From NCBI GenBank assembly GCA_963772705.1, contig CAVYYH010000011.1, forward strand, positions 322,384 to 386,383: DNA of 64,000 nucleotides. The letters are read 5' to 3'. The notes beneath the pieces are model-generated. The model saw nothing but the letters and a program-made list of their open reading frames with translations, was not told the DNA's origin and made no database searches. Each line of letters starts with the position of its first letter. Positions within the stretch are counted from its first letter, which is position 1. Of this stretch, positions 1 to 14,440 are shown piece after piece. This stretch comes from an uncultured Bacteroidales bacterium. GTDB taxonomy: Bacteria; Bacteroidota; Bacteroidia; Bacteroidales; VadinHA17. The position numbers and the translations under genes are program-made.

Positions 1-486
<486 letters not shown>

Positions 487-511
487 TTACTTTTTTTACT
501 ACTCAGCTTAA

Positions 512-4321
<3,810 letters not shown>

Positions 4322-4354
4322 TGATGGATGGATTAAGTGAACTTATATTAAAAT

Positions 4355-4390
4355 GAGAAAAAGGCTTAGCTCCGCCCGACGGCGGAACTA
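4355..4390 (-). terminator. rplL-rpoB intergenic hairpin, a candidate attenuator or partial terminator
   Basis: On the minus strand the stem is tagttccgcc/ggcggagcta (10 bp including one G-U) with loop gtcg, followed by a T-rich tract (cctttttctc). An attenuator at this position is known in E. coli. Confidence 0.45.
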
Positions 4391-4418
4391 AACCTGTAAC
4401 CCGGTGATCAGGTATAAC

Positions 4419-4796
4419 TTATTTAAGTTCAACTTCAGCTCCTGATTCTTCCAATTGTTTCTTAATGTTCTCAGCCTCATCTTTTGAGATGCCTTCTTTT
4501 ACAGGTGAAGGAGCTGCATCAACTACAGCTTTGGCTTCTTTAAGACCGAGGCCTGTGATGTCTTTTACAAGCTTAACGATCTGAAGCTTCTGGCCGCCTG
4601 CTGCTTTAAGGATGACATCGAAGGAGCTCTTCTCAGCTGCTGCAGGAGCGTCGCCGCCTGCTGCAGGGGCTGCTACAGCTACTGCTGCTGCTGCCGGCTC
4701 GATGCCATACTCGTCTTTCAATATTTTTGCAAGCTCGTTAACCTCTTTTACGGTTAAATTCACCAGCTCTTCTGCAAATTTCTTAAGATCTGCCAT
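4419..4796 (-). CDS. rplL: 50S ribosomal protein L7/L12
   Basis: 125 aa with an Ala-rich hinge ([14 protein letters not shown]) and the C-terminal block [19 protein letters not shown]. Confidence 0.98.
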   Translation of the reverse strand: MADLKKFAEELVNLTVKEVNELAKILKDEYGIEPAAAAVAVAAPAAGGDAPAAAEKSSFDVILKAAGGQKLQIVKLVKDITGLGLKEAKAVVDAAPSPVKEGISKDEAENIKKQLEESGAEVELK

Positions 4797-4833
4797 TTTT
4801 ATAGGAATTTTAATGTGTTTAACTAATTAATAA

Positions 4834-5349
4834 TTACTTTTTTGAAAGTGTTTCCAGAACACCATGGATTTTTGAACCTCCTGACTGCAGTGCAGAGATA
4901 ACGTTCTTTGCGGGTGACTGAAGGAGCATGACGATATCGCCGATGAGCTCTTCCCTTGACTTGAGAGCCACGAGGGTCTCAAGAAGATTGTCACCTGTAT
5001 AGACTGATTCCTCTATATAAGCGCCTTTTATCAGTGGTTTAGGATGCGATTTACGGAACTCCTTTATCATACGTGCGGGAGTGTTTCCGTTATTCGAGAA
5101 CATGACGGCAGTTGAGCCTTTAAGGACGGGGAATAATTCTCCGCACTCGAGGCCTGCCTGCTCCAGTGCCCTCTTCAAAAGGGTGTTCTTTACAACAACC
5201 AGCTTGATCTGGTTCTCATAGCACTTCCTTCTGAGGTCACTGGTGTCAGCAGCGTTGAGCTGTGCAGTATCAGTCAGGTAAAAGTGGCTGTACTCCCTGA
5301 GGGTTCCAGCCAGACTGTTAATGATATCGGTTTTCTCTTCTTTTCTCAT
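4834..5349 (-). CDS. rplJ: 50S ribosomal protein L10
   Basis: 171 aa, located between rplA and rplL in the conserved operon order. Confidence 0.96.
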   Translation of the reverse strand: MRKEEKTDIINSLAGTLREYSHFYLTDTAQLNAADTSDLRRKCYENQIKLVVVKNTLLKRALEQAGLECGELFPVLKGSTAVMFSNNGNTPARMIKEFRKSHPKPLIKGAYIEESVYTGDNLLETLVALKSREELIGDIVMLLQSPAKNVISALQSGGSKIHGVLETLSKK

Positions 5350-5374
5350 AATCTCTCTGCGTTTTAGCTTTCAG

Positions 5375-6082
5375 TTAAACATCAAGGCTCTTGGGATCAA
5401 CCTTCAGTCCGGGGCTCATGGTGCTTGACAGGAAGATACTTCTGATGTATGTTCCCTTAGCTGAGGCCGGCTTGAGTTTGTTGATGATAAAGAGAAACTC
5501 CCTGGCGTTTTCTACGATCTTATGAGGTTCGAATGATACTTTTCCGATGGAAGCATGAACAATACCGGCTTTGTCTACTTTAAAGTCGATCTTGCCCTGC
5601 TTTACCTCCTTGACAGCCTTACTTATCTCCATGGTCACCGTGCCGCTTTTTGGGTTCGGCATGAGACCACGTGGACCAAGTACTCGTCCTAACTGACCTA
5701 TCTTACCCATCACTGAGGGCATGGTAATAATAACGTCGATATCTGTCCAACCGCCTTTGATCTTCTCAACCCACTCGTCGAGACCCACATGATCTGCTCC
5801 GGCCTCTCTGGCTTCAGCCTCCTTGTCAGGGGTAACGAGAGCCAGAACCCTGACCTCCTTGCCTGTACCGTGAGGAAGGGAGACGACACCGCGAACCATC
5901 TGATTCGATTTACGCGGGTCAATTCCCAGTCTGACGTCAATATCTACCGAGGCATCAAACTTAGTTGTAGTGATATCCTTTACCAATGCTGCCGCTTCTG
6001 ACAAAGTATAGAGCCTGCCTGTCTCGACTTTCTCGAGGGCAAACTTCTGATTCTTGGTAAGCTTAGTCATTTTCGTACTCAC
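5375..6082 (-). CDS. rplA: 50S ribosomal protein L1
   Basis: 235 aa with L1 blocks ([34 protein letters not shown]). Confidence 0.97.
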   Translation of the reverse strand: MSTKMTKLTKNQKFALEKVETGRLYTLSEAAALVKDITTTKFDASVDIDVRLGIDPRKSNQMVRGVVSLPHGTGKEVRVLALVTPDKEAEAREAGADHVGLDEWVEKIKGGWTDIDVIITMPSVMGKIGQLGRVLGPRGLMPNPKSGTVTMEISKAVKEVKQGKIDFKVDKAGIVHASIGKVSFEPHKIVENAREFLFIINKLKPASAKGTYIRSIFLSSTMSPGLKVDPKSLDV

Positions 6083-6092
6083 TTATTAAATG

Positions 6093-6533
6093 TTATTTTC
6101 CCGGGAATGCACCTGTTACGGTGATACCCATACTTCTGGCCGTGCCAGCCACCATCTTCATCGCGGACTCGAGGGTGAAGCAGTTTAAATCCTGCATCTT
6201 ATCCTCGGCAATAGTCTTTACCTGGCTCCACGTTATCGATGCCACCTTGTTTCGGTTCGGCTCAGGTGAGCCTTTCTTCAATTTGGTAGCCTCAATAATC
6301 TGGACTGCAACAGGAGGGGTCTTGGTGATAAACTCAAACGACTTATCATTATACACGGTGATTACCACCGGTATGACCTTGCCTGCCTTGTCCTGTGTAC
6401 GGGCATTGAACTGTTTGCAAAACTCCATGATATTCACACCTTTTGAACCCAGTGCAGGGCCTACGGGTGGAGATGGATTGGCTGCTCCGCCTTTAATCTG
6501 TAATTTGATTAATCCAGCAACTTCTTTTGCCAT
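6093..6533 (-). CDS. rplK: 50S ribosomal protein L11
   Basis: 146 aa with the block [21 protein letters not shown]. Confidence 0.98.
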   Translation of the reverse strand: MAKEVAGLIKLQIKGGAANPSPPVGPALGSKGVNIMEFCKQFNARTQDKAGKVIPVVITVYNDKSFEFITKTPPVAVQIIEATKLKKGSPEPNRNKVASITWSQVKTIAEDKMQDLNCFTLESAMKMVAGTARSMGITVTGAFPGK

Positions 6534-6619
6534 AATTAAAAATTTGCATTGTTTATAGCGAGAGCATGACGACCGCTTAAGGAAGCATTATAATTCACGG
6601 CTGTCAATTTCCTGATTTC

Positions 6620-7168
6620 TTAACTTTCTTTCTCTACCTGCATGAAGCTCAGCTCGAGCGGGGTCTTGCGTCCGAAGATCTTGACCATCACTTTAAGCTT
6701 TCGCTTCTCTTCATTTACCTCTTCAATGACCCCTGTGAAGCTGTTGAAGGGGCCGTCTATCACTTTCACAGTCTCACCGACTACGAATGGCACATTGAGT
6801 TCTTCCTCACTTGCGGCAAGCTCATCAACCTTTCCGAGGATACGGTTGATCTCAGCCTTGCGTATCGGTGTGGGGTCACCCGACTGTGTTCCCAGGAAAC
6901 CGAGAACGTTCGGTATGTTACGTAAGACGTGAGGCACCTCACCCACGAGGGCAGCCTCCACGATGACATAACCCGGAAAGAATGTGCGCTCTTTGCTTAT
7001 CTTCTTTCCTGAACGTATCTGGTAGACCTTCTCTGTCGGTATAAGTACCTGTGATATGTAATCCTGAAGCTTCAGGCGCACTATCTCGTTCTCGAGATAC
7101 TCCTTTACCTTCTTCTCCTTGCCGCCTATAGCCCTGAGCACATACCACTTCTTAACGTTTTCACTCAT
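6620..7168 (-). CDS. nusG: transcription termination/antitermination factor NusG
   Basis: 182 aa with an NGN N-terminus (KWYVLRAIGGKEKKV) and a KOW-like C-terminus. Lies between secE and rplK. Confidence 0.96.
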   Translation of the reverse strand: MSENVKKWYVLRAIGGKEKKVKEYLENEIVRLKLQDYISQVLIPTEKVYQIRSGKKISKERTFFPGYVIVEAALVGEVPHVLRNIPNVLGFLGTQSGDPTPIRKAEINRILGKVDELAASEEELNVPFVVGETVKVIDGPFNSFTGVIEEVNEEKRKLKVMVKIFGRKTPLELSFMQVEKES

Positions 7169-7185
7169 CTGTGACCGTTATGATT

Positions 7186-7377
7186 TTAATACAACAAACT
7201 ATAGACAAAACTCATTGTCTTGTCAAAAAAGAAATCCATTGCCCAAATAACAACTGCAAGGATTACCGAGGTGACCATTACCAGTGTGGCGCTGCCCTGA
7301 AGCTCACTCCATGCGGGCCAGGTCACCTTGTGCATCAGTTCGCTGTATGATTCTTTAAAATATGTAACTATCTTCAT
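7186..7377 (-). CDS. secE: preprotein translocase subunit SecE
   Basis: 63 aa with a single C-terminal TM helix. Conserved position upstream of nusG. Confidence 0.85.
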   Translation of the reverse strand: MKIVTYFKESYSELMHKVTWPAWSELQGSATLVMVTSVILAVVIWAMDFFFDKTMSFVYSLLY

Positions 7378-7396
7378 CTTTATGACTTCGATTTAG

Positions 7397-7469
7397 CACG
7401 GGAGGAGAGACTCGAACTCCCGACACCTGGTTTTGGAGACCAGTGCTCTACCAACTGAGCTACACCCGT
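7397..7469 (-). tRNA. tRNA-Trp (anticodon CCA)
   Basis: Cloverleaf read on the minus strand: D arm GCTCAGTTGGTAGAGC, anticodon loop CTCCAAA, T arm GGGAGTTCGAGTCTCTC. Classic tuf-tRNA(Trp)-secE position. Confidence 0.9.
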
Positions 7470-7492
7470 GTGCTTTACGAAAGATAATCCGT

Positions 7493-7514
7493 CCGTCCGT
7501 CAGCTGACGGACGG
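7493..7514 (-). terminator. perfect 22-nt palindrome downstream of tuf, a candidate terminator hairpin
   Basis: ccgtccgtcagctgacggacgg is its own reverse complement. It lies between the tuf stop and tRNA-Trp. The following T tract is weak. Confidence 0.45.
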
Positions 7515-7537
7515 CGGATACCATTATATATAAGGTC

Positions 7538-8725
7538 TTATTCGACTATATCGATGACCTGACCTGCACCTACCGTACGGCCACCTTCACGGATGGCAAA
7601 ACGGAGGTTCTTGTTGATGGCCACAGGGTAGATAAGCTCTACGGTGATGGTTACGTTGTCACCGGGCATTACCATCTCTGTTCCTTCCGGGAGGGTTATC
7701 TCACCGGTAACGTCGAGGGTCCTGAGATAGAACTGGGGACGGTATTTATTGTGGAACGGAGTGTGACGGCCACCTTCTTCTTTCTTAAGAACGTAAACCT
7801 CTGCCTTGAACTTGGTGTGCGGAGTGATTGATCCGGGCTTGGCAAGTACCTGGCCCCTCTTGATCTCCTTCTTGTCGACACCACGCAGGAGCAGACCCAC
7901 GTTGTCACCGGCTTCACCCTGATCGAGTATCTTGCGGAACATCTCAACACCTGTACATACGCTTTTGCGCTTCTCTGCACCAAGACCAACTATCTCCAGT
8001 TCATCTCCTGTATGTACCATTCCTGTCTCAATACGACCCGTGGCAACTGTACCGCGGCCGGTAATCGAGAATACGTCTTCAACCGGCATGACGAACGGTT
8101 TTTCGTTCTCACGCGGAGGAATAGGAATATATGAGTCAACTGCATCCATCAGTTCCATGACTTTTTCTTCCCACTTGGGCTCATGGTTCATGGCTCCGAG
8201 GGCCGATCCGCGGATAACGGGAGCGTTGTCACCGTCGAACTTGTAGAAGTTCAGAAGGTCACGTATCTCCATCTCAACGAGGTCAATAAGCTCCTCATCG
8301 TCAACCAGGTCAACCTTGTTAAGGAATACAACGATCTTAGGCACGTTCACCTGGCGTGCGAGCAGGATATGTTCGCGCGTCTGAGGCATCGGGCCGTCAG
8401 TGGCGGCAACAACGATGATGGCACCGTCCATCTGGGCAGCACCTGTAACCATGTTTTTAACATAGTCAGCGTGACCAGGACAGTCAACGTGTGCATAGTG
8501 ACGGTTCGCCGTTGAATACTCAACGTGAGCCGTGTTGATCGTAATACCCCTTTCTTTTTCTTCGGGTGCATTGTCGATCGAATCAAAGTCCCTTACTTCT
8601 GAGAGACCCTTCTTAGCGAGAACCATCGTAATAGCAGCTGTCAAGGTGGTCTTGCCGTGGTCGACGTGACCGATCGTACCGACATTTACGTGTGGCTTCG
8701 ACCTGTCAAATTTTTCTTTTGCCAT
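7538..8725 (-). CDS. tuf: elongation factor Tu
   Basis: 395 aa with [18 protein letters not shown] and NKVD GTPase motifs. Confidence 0.99.
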   Translation of the reverse strand: MAKEKFDRSKPHVNVGTIGHVDHGKTTLTAAITMVLAKKGLSEVRDFDSIDNAPEEKERGITINTAHVEYSTANRHYAHVDCPGHADYVKNMVTGAAQMDGAIIVVAATDGPMPQTREHILLARQVNVPKIVVFLNKVDLVDDEELIDLVEMEIRDLLNFYKFDGDNAPVIRGSALGAMNHEPKWEEKVMELMDAVDSYIPIPPRENEKPFVMPVEDVFSITGRGTVATGRIETGMVHTGDELEIVGLGAEKRKSVCTGVEMFRKILDQGEAGDNVGLLLRGVDKKEIKRGQVLAKPGSITPHTKFKAEVYVLKKEEGGRHTPFHNKYRPQFYLRTLDVTGEITLPEGTEMVMPGDNVTITVELIYPVAINKNLRFAIREGGRTVGAGQVIDIVE

Positions 8726-8768
8726 AACTAAAAGCTTATTAAATTAAATTTACATCCAAAATCGTTTG

Positions 8769-8840
8769 AGCCGATGATGAGAATTGAACTCATGACCCCT
8801 TCCTTACCAAGGAAGTGCTCTACCCCTGAGCTACATCGGC
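8769..8840 (-). tRNA. tRNA-Thr (anticodon GGT)
   Basis: Minus strand reads GCCGATGTAGCTCAGGGGTAGAGCACTTCCTTGGTAAGGAAG...GGTTCAATTC...CATCGGCT. Acceptor stem is GCCGATG/CATCGGC. Confidence 0.92.
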
Positions 8841-8848
8841 AAAGTCAG

Positions 8849-8921
8849 AGCGGGAGACGGAATTCGAACCCGCGACCCTCAGCTTGGAAGGCTAATGCTC
8901 TACCAACTGAGCTACTCCCGC
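8849..8921 (-). tRNA. tRNA-Gly (anticodon TCC)
   Basis: Minus strand reads GCGGGAGTAGCTCAGTTGGTAGAGCATTAGCCTTCCAAGCTGAG...GGGTTCGAATTCC...TCCCGCT. Confidence 0.92.
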
Positions 8922-8992
8922 TTATAATTAGATCTACCAGAGCCGATGACACTTCCGGTAAAGGATTGTGCCACTGAATTTCCCTGTTTGTG

Positions 8993-9075
8993 TGGGGAGA
9001 GCAGGATTCGAACCTACGAAGTCGTTCGACAACAGATTTACAGTCTGCCCCAGTTGGCCACTTTGGTATCTCCCC
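8993..9075 (-). tRNA. tRNA-Tyr (anticodon GTA), long variable arm
   Basis: Minus strand reads GGGGAGATACCAAAGTGGCCAACTGGGGCAGACTGTAAATCTGTTGTCGAACGACTTCGTAGGTTCGAATCCTGCTCTCCCCA (83 nt). Confidence 0.92.
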
Positions 9076-9125
9076 ATTCAAAACAGAGCATGTCTGCTAG
9101 ACATACACTTACTCATCATTACATG

Positions 9126-9199
9126 AGCCGATGAAGGGATTCGAACCCCCGACCTGCAGATTACAAATCAGCTGCTCTGGCCAACTGAGCTACATCGGC
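9126..9199 (-). tRNA. tRNA-Thr (anticodon TGT)
   Basis: Minus strand reads GCCGATGTAGCTCAGTTGGCCAGAGCAGCTGATTTGTAATCTGCAGGTCGGGGGTTCGAATCCCTTCATCGGCT. Confidence 0.92.
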
Positions 9200-9250
9200 A
9201 TTTGAAAGAACGACCGATTTCTGAAGAGAATACCCTCAAAAATCGGTTTG

Positions 9251-9258
9251 CAAATGTA
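9251..9258 (-). promoter_or_regulatory. candidate Bacteroidota sigma-A -7 box (TAcaTTTG) for the tRNA-tuf transcription unit
   Basis: The minus strand reads TACATTTG about 50 nt upstream of tRNA-Thr(TGT). It matches the published TAnnTTTG consensus. Confidence 0.35.
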
Positions 9259-9313
9259 GAAATTTATATTTCAAATCTCAAATAATATCCCAAGTTTTTT
9301 TAAAACACCCCTG

Positions 9314-9613
9314 TTACTCTCCCCGTAACTTCCCCTTCTGTTTGACTATCTGCTTTTTAAGTGCATCAATAACATGATCGGTCGCCTCTTCGAATGTCTT
9401 GCTCTGTTTGCGGGCGAAAAGGGGACCCCGCGGATACTCTACCTTGATCTCAGTTACCTTGTTCTCCCTCGTCTCGTCATGATCAAGCCTGAGAAACACC
9501 TCCGCATTGACGATGTCATCAGTGATCATGGTAAGTTTGTTCACCTTCTGCGTTACAAAATCAATTAACTTCTTGTCAGCATCAAACCTGACCGAATGGA
9601 TCTGAATGTTCAT
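9314..9613 (-). CDS. hpf: ribosome hibernation promoting factor (HPF/RaiA family)
   Basis: 99 aa. The sequence MNIQIHSVRFDADKKLIDFVTQKVNKL...TFEEATDHVIDALKKQI is typical of the short HPF family. Confidence 0.88.
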   Translation of the reverse strand: MNIQIHSVRFDADKKLIDFVTQKVNKLTMITDDIVNAEVFLRLDHDETRENKVTEIKVEYPRGPLFARKQSKTFEEATDHVIDALKKQIVKQKGKLRGE

Positions 9614-9638
9614 GGCTGTACCTCCTGTTCCTAATTGA

Positions 9639-10520
9639 TTAAGCTCTCGGATGAGCCTGTTTGTATACCTTCTTTAACTGTTCAAAAGTATTGTGTGTAT
9701 AAACCTGCGTGGCCGACAGACTGGCGTGACCAAGCAACTCCTTGATAGAATTGAGATCAGCACCGTGATTCAGCATGTGGGTGGCAAAAGTATGCCTTAG
9801 GACGTGAGGACTCTTTTTTTCGACGGTGGTCACCATTGAGAGATATCTCCTTACGATAGTATAAACACTCTTATCGTACATCTTGTTCCCCTTGTCGGTG
9901 ACAAAAAACCACTTCGCCTCCGGAACCTCCTTATCCCGGACCTGCAGATAGACCTCAAGTGATTTTATGAAGGTGTTTGTCAAAGGAATAATTCTCTGTT
10001 TGCTCCGCTTGCCTGTCACCCTCACCTGGCCTGAAGCGAGATCGATATCCTCATCACTCAGGCTAATCAGTTCCGATCGCCTCATGCCTGTAAGATACAA
10101 AATTTCCACGATAGTTCTGTCACGAATTCCTGAAAAATTATCTCCGAAATTGTACTCATCGAGAAGTTTTGCCAGGGCATCCTCCGCAACAAACACGGGC
10201 AGCTGCTTGGGCTTCTTCGGAAGCCTCACGCCTGACATCGGGTCAGCAGTGCCCAGTGAGTGCTTTCGCATGTAACGGAAGAAAGCCCTGAGGGCTGACA
10301 TCTTCCTGTGCACGGTACTTATGGCAGAACCCCCTTCAATGAGAGAGACCATCCAGGCTCTCACATCACCTGAAGTCACACTCTCAGGTACAACCGCAGG
10401 GTCATATCTGCCTAACCACTCAAAAAACTGATCGAGATCGTTCTGGTAAGAACGTACGGTGTGCCGGGAATAACGCTTCTCGGTCCGGATATACTGCAGG
10501 AACGATTCCTTTCTCTCCAT
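9639..10520 (-). CDS. site-specific tyrosine recombinase, XerC/XerD family
   Basis: 293 aa with an N-terminal SAM-like domain and a C-terminal catalytic block (HVLRHTFATHML...LLGHASLSATQVYTH). Confidence 0.88.
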   Translation of the reverse strand: MERKESFLQYIRTEKRYSRHTVRSYQNDLDQFFEWLGRYDPAVVPESVTSGDVRAWMVSLIEGGSAISTVHRKMSALRAFFRYMRKHSLGTADPMSGVRLPKKPKQLPVFVAEDALAKLLDEYNFGDNFSGIRDRTIVEILYLTGMRRSELISLSDEDIDLASGQVRVTGKRSKQRIIPLTNTFIKSLEVYLQVRDKEVPEAKWFFVTDKGNKMYDKSVYTIVRRYLSMVTTVEKKSPHVLRHTFATHMLNHGADLNSIKELLGHASLSATQVYTHNTFEQLKKVYKQAHPRA

Positions 10521-10573
10521 AAAAGGAACCTTATTTTATTTTTTCTGTCAGATAAACAGAGCAGTGAGGACTA

Positions 10574-10765
10574 CTATTCCTCCTCCTGCTGCAGATGCTG
10601 AACATATATGGCTTTCTTTATCTCTTCCCTGCGGCGCACCGAGGGTTTGATAAAAGCCTGACGTGACCTGAGCTCACGGATGACACCCGTCTTTTCAAAT
10701 TTCCTTTTGAATTTCTTAAGAGCCCTGTCAATGTTCTCGCCTTCTTTTACCGGTACAATGATCAT
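10574..10765 (-). CDS. rpsU: 30S ribosomal protein S21
   Basis: 63 aa. MIIVPVKEGENIDRALKKFKRKFEKTGV is the S21 signature. Confidence 0.95.
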   Translation of the reverse strand: MIIVPVKEGENIDRALKKFKRKFEKTGVIRELRSRQAFIKPSVRRREEIKKAIYVQHLQQEEE

Positions 10766-10813
10766 AATTCAACTTTATGTTAAAACGAGCCGCAAAATTA
10801 ATATCTCTGAAAT

Positions 10814-11753
10814 TCATTTCAAAACTTTTATTGAAATAAATTCATAATCATCTCTTTTGACCCCTTCCGGGGGCTTAATATAAGGAGCAATCCGATCAGC
10901 CTGTTCATGACTGAGAAGACGCTGGCTGACCAGATCACCGAGAGTCACAGGGATCCCCATGAGAGAGCGGTACTTCATTATCAGTCCCGCTGCCCCGGGT
11001 CCTATATAGGGGTGCCTGGCCATCTCACCGTACGAACAGCTGTCAAGAACGAGCTGCCTGACAGAGTCATGAGTCACTGTCAGGGTGCCTTCAATCTGAG
11101 TAAATACAGCACTGTCGAGACCGTACACCTCATTCAGCTGAGCGACCGCCACAAAACCGCCGAGGAGCTTTCTGTACCTGATTATCCTTTCAGAGAGTAC
11201 CGGACCGATGCCGGGAAGAAGCAGGAGATCAGCAGCACCGCAGAGGTTGATATCTGTCAGGGTGGACTGCGGTTCCTCCGCCGGGGCAACGGAAGAGGAT
11301 ATCTGCCCGGTGGTAACTTTCTCTTTCATGACAGGCTTGACAGGTTCATCCCTTATTGAGATCCATGGCATAAGAAGGACGGCGGTGGCGGAATCAATCC
11401 CGTAAACCCTCCTTATGTCACCCGGCTCCCTGAACCTGGCACCTGCCGACCGGTAGTTTATGAGGGTGGTGGCCTGCCGTTCTGTGAGACCCAGCCTGAC
11501 AAGGTCATCAAACGAGGCAGTGTTGGGATCGAAACTGAAAAGGACACCCCTCCTTCCCTCCTCAGCCTCTGCCTCAAGGGTGATGTTGCCGGGCGCAGTC
11601 AGTATCATGGGTAAAAGGCTCATTGCCGGGCCTGAAGGCAAAAACCCTTATCAGCAGCAGTATGATGAGCAGGATTGACAGGATATAACTGCCCCGTCTC
11701 TCCCTGCGGTCAAAACCGATCAGCTCGGAGGTGATTTTCCTGAAAGACTTCAC
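10814..11753 (-). pseudogene. ComEA-like helix-hairpin-helix protein; the N-terminal membrane anchor is in a different frame (apparent +1 frameshift near 11640-11660)
   Basis: The 275-aa ORF has repeated HhH units. From GTG at 11753, VKSFRKITSELIGFDRRERRGSYILSILLIILLLIRVF resembles the usual N-terminus of this family but reads in the adjacent frame. Confidence 0.65.
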
Positions 11754-11831
11754 AATATTACAGCACGAGACAAGGCAAGGTAGGAAAAATGGATGAAGAA
11801 GTCAATAGGCAGCTGTGAGGGCAGGGAGCAG

Positions 11832-11950
11832 GGGGCGTGGGGCGAGGGGCGAGGGGTATCCGGTAATTCGGTAATCGGTAATTTGCAAATGGAGGAGCTG
11901 GAGACTGAACACTTGAATCGGTCTTCGGTCTCGGTCTTCGGTCTTCGGTC
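11832..11950. repeat. three adjacent tandem heptamer arrays: (ggggcga)x3, (cggtaat)x3, (cggtctt)x4.5
   Basis: Read directly: 11832-11856 ggggcgt ggggcga ggggcga gggg; 11861-11882 cggtaat t cggtaat cggtaat; 11919-11950 cggtctt cggtct cggtctt cggtctt cggtc. Confidence 0.9.
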
Positions 11951-12011
11951 AGCGAAGCCACCCTCCGCAGCCCTTCGACAAGCTCAGGGACCTGCTATGG
12001 GTGGCGAAGCA

Positions 12012-14378
12012 TCAGAACGGGTATCCGATACCCACAACAAGCGCCAGGTCATCACGGAAACTGTACGGCCTGCTTAAAGGTATCCACTTCGACCCGGAGG
12101 CTATCTTTGGATCGCGCAGCTTGAGACCAACATCAGCCCTGAGCATGACAAACTTAATGTCAAACCTCAGTCCAAGCCCTGTACCTACAGCCATGTCATC
12201 AATGAACTTGTTGAATTTGAATTGCCCTCCCTGCCTGTCAGTATCTTCCCTCAGGGTCCATATGTTACCCACATCAATAAATGTAGCCCCCTCCATTATC
12301 CAGAAGAGTTTGAACCTGTATTCAAAGTTTGCCTCGAGCTTTATGTCGGCAATCTGGTAGAGGAACGTAGTGTCACTTTCAATATCGGGGTCATATGAGC
12401 CCGGCCCCAGTGTCTTGACGGTCCATGCCCTGAGGTCATTGGCGCCGCCACCGAAATACTGCTCTTCAAATGGCATTACCCTGGAGTTGCCATAAGAGAT
12501 GCCCAGCCCGGTGAAGACCCTGTAAACTACAGTGCTGGCTTCGTTGATACTGTAGTGGTAACTGGCGTCAGCCTCTAACTTGACGAACTGTGCAAAAGGT
12601 TGCCCTGCAAGCAGGTAGCCGTCCTCGGTTTTGGTTGCACCGGCAAGTTTATAGGCTGCTGACAGCAGGTTACCCGCCAGGTTGACTCCAACCCTCAGAT
12701 ACCAGTAATCAATTGAATTCTGGAGCATCTGGTTATTGAAGACAAGACTGTAGTTCCCTCCGACAATCATGACCGGACGATATGAGTAGGCAAGGTATGA
12801 TGTAGTGTCAATCTTGGCCTGGAACGCCGGGTCCATGTTCTTAATGTCAACGGCATTTATTACAAGAGGATTAACGGTGTTGCTCGTATACCTGTTCCCC
12901 TTCCATGAATATCCCAGCGTCAGGTTGGCGATCGTCCTTGTATAGACCGGCATCTTCTGATAGTTATACCCTGCCAGTATGCGTGTCTTCGGGTCATGCC
13001 TGCGGATGAAGTTTTCCTTGGCAGGAAAAGGCATCAGGAACTTCGGCAGTTGCAGCGCAGTTTCGATACCGAACTCCTGTGAGCTTTTAAACTCTTCCAC
13101 ATCCTCGGTAAGTGCTTCATATGCACCCTTGAGCTTCATGCTGAAATTCTCAGCCCCTCGAAAAAGGCTCTTGTTCTGGTAAATGAGGTTAACCGCTCCG
13201 CCAAGGTTGCCTCCCGAGTTTGTCCCTTCAAACTCAACTGTGTACGACTGTCTCGGAAGAGGAGTAAGCTGTATCATACAGTCGAGCAGCCCCTCATTGC
13301 GTCCTCCTCCGGCAGGGATACCCGGATCAATGAAGTTGACATTGACCAGCCTGTGGTTCTTCAGGGCAGCAAGATGAGACTGTGTCTGCTCAGTATTGGT
13401 TATACTGAATGGAGAGCCTGGGGATATATATAACGACTGCTTTATCACCTCGGGTTTTATGAATGTTTTACCGGGCGGGGAGACAAAATGTATACCTTCA
13501 AAATAGGTGGTATCAAAGGTTAATGCATACTCCTCCCCTCCGGTCAGCGCCTGTCTCGGGTCAAACTCGGGAAAGACATACACATCCCTTATCCGGTGCC
13601 TGATATGGTTACTGTAGACCAGCCGCCCCTGGCTGTCAAGGGTTGATCTCCGGGTAACAACATATTGTACATCGACCTGCCGGCTCATCAGTGAACTGTC
13701 GACCCTGAAGAAAATATTCTCTGCTGAGAAACTGTAGTATCCTATATCCCTTATATATCGCTCCAGTCGCTGCCGTTCTGCCCTCATAAGGTCAACATCA
13801 TAGGTCATCCCTCTCTCAAAAAGGCAGTTCACGGTATCCATTATTACCCGACTGTAAAGGGTGGTATCCTGTATCTCATACCTGATATTTCCAATGGTAT
13901 ATGGTTTGCCCGGAGTGACGGTATAAAAGACCTCGGCCTCCTGTCTGTTCACCTTCACGGAATCATCGACAAGAGCATTGAAGTATCCCTTGGAGGAGAG
14001 GTAGCTTGCCAGCTGATCTCTTGACCGGTCGGCCGAGAGAGGATCAAAGATAACGGGCTCCTCACCTATCCTCCTGAGCCAGCCGTGGGGCCAATTCTCC
14101 TTTTCGATATCAGACATATTATAAAGACCCAGGTGAAACCGTGAACCAAAAATGCGCTTATTAGGCTGCTGCCTGATGTAGGGTTTCATTGCACTGCTGC
14201 TGAGGGTACCCGGAAGAGGCTCCTTTCCCTTCTCGATCAGGAGATTATTCCTGCTCAGGAGCAGCTCATCTGTGGGAACATATTTGGTGGGGTTACATGA
14301 CGTTGCCGCCAAAATTATGAGCACAAGTAGACTCAGTTTGGGAACAGTAATTTCTATATTTGTTCTCTGATTGATCAA
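12012..14378 (-). CDS. BamA/TamA-family outer-membrane protein (POTRA repeats plus surface-antigen D15 beta-barrel)
   Basis: 788 aa with an N-terminal signal/lipobox-like segment (LAATSC). The C-terminus ends in an aromatic residue (VVGIGYPF), typical of OMP barrels. Confidence 0.8.
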   Translation of the reverse strand: MINQRTNIEITVPKLSLLVLIILAATSCNPTKYVPTDELLLSRNNLLIEKGKEPLPGTLSSSAMKPYIRQQPNKRIFGSRFHLGLYNMSDIEKENWPHGWLRRIGEEPVIFDPLSADRSRDQLASYLSSKGYFNALVDDSVKVNRQEAEVFYTVTPGKPYTIGNIRYEIQDTTLYSRVIMDTVNCLFERGMTYDVDLMRAERQRLERYIRDIGYYSFSAENIFFRVDSSLMSRQVDVQYVVTRRSTLDSQGRLVYSNHIRHRIRDVYVFPEFDPRQALTGGEEYALTFDTTYFEGIHFVSPPGKTFIKPEVIKQSLYISPGSPFSITNTEQTQSHLAALKNHRLVNVNFIDPGIPAGGGRNEGLLDCMIQLTPLPRQSYTVEFEGTNSGGNLGGAVNLIYQNKSLFRGAENFSMKLKGAYEALTEDVEEFKSSQEFGIETALQLPKFLMPFPAKENFIRRHDPKTRILAGYNYQKMPVYTRTIANLTLGYSWKGNRYTSNTVNPLVINAVDIKNMDPAFQAKIDTTSYLAYSYRPVMIVGGNYSLVFNNQMLQNSIDYWYLRVGVNLAGNLLSAAYKLAGATKTEDGYLLAGQPFAQFVKLEADASYHYSINEASTVVYRVFTGLGISYGNSRVMPFEEQYFGGGANDLRAWTVKTLGPGSYDPDIESDTTFLYQIADIKLEANFEYRFKLFWIMEGATFIDVGNIWTLREDTDRQGGQFKFNKFIDDMAVGTGLGLRFDIKFVMLRADVGLKLRDPKIASGSKWIPLSRPYSFRDDLALVVGIGYPF

Positions 14379-14440
14379 TCTGCAGGCAAAATAGCAGTAG
14401 CAAATATATCATTATAAACTCTATTTTCAATTAGCGGGCG

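Noticed and set aside
8774-9134. Three 62-78-aa ORFs (8774-8977, 8845-9081, 8946-9134).
   Set aside because: They overlap the four tRNA genes (Thr, Gly, Tyr, Thr), so the open frames are incidental.
11758-12360. ORFs 11758-11961, 11793-12077 and 12001-12360.
   Set aside because: The first two are translations of the heptamer arrays and flanking GC-rich spacer. The third is antisense to the 3' end of the BamA/TamA-like gene.
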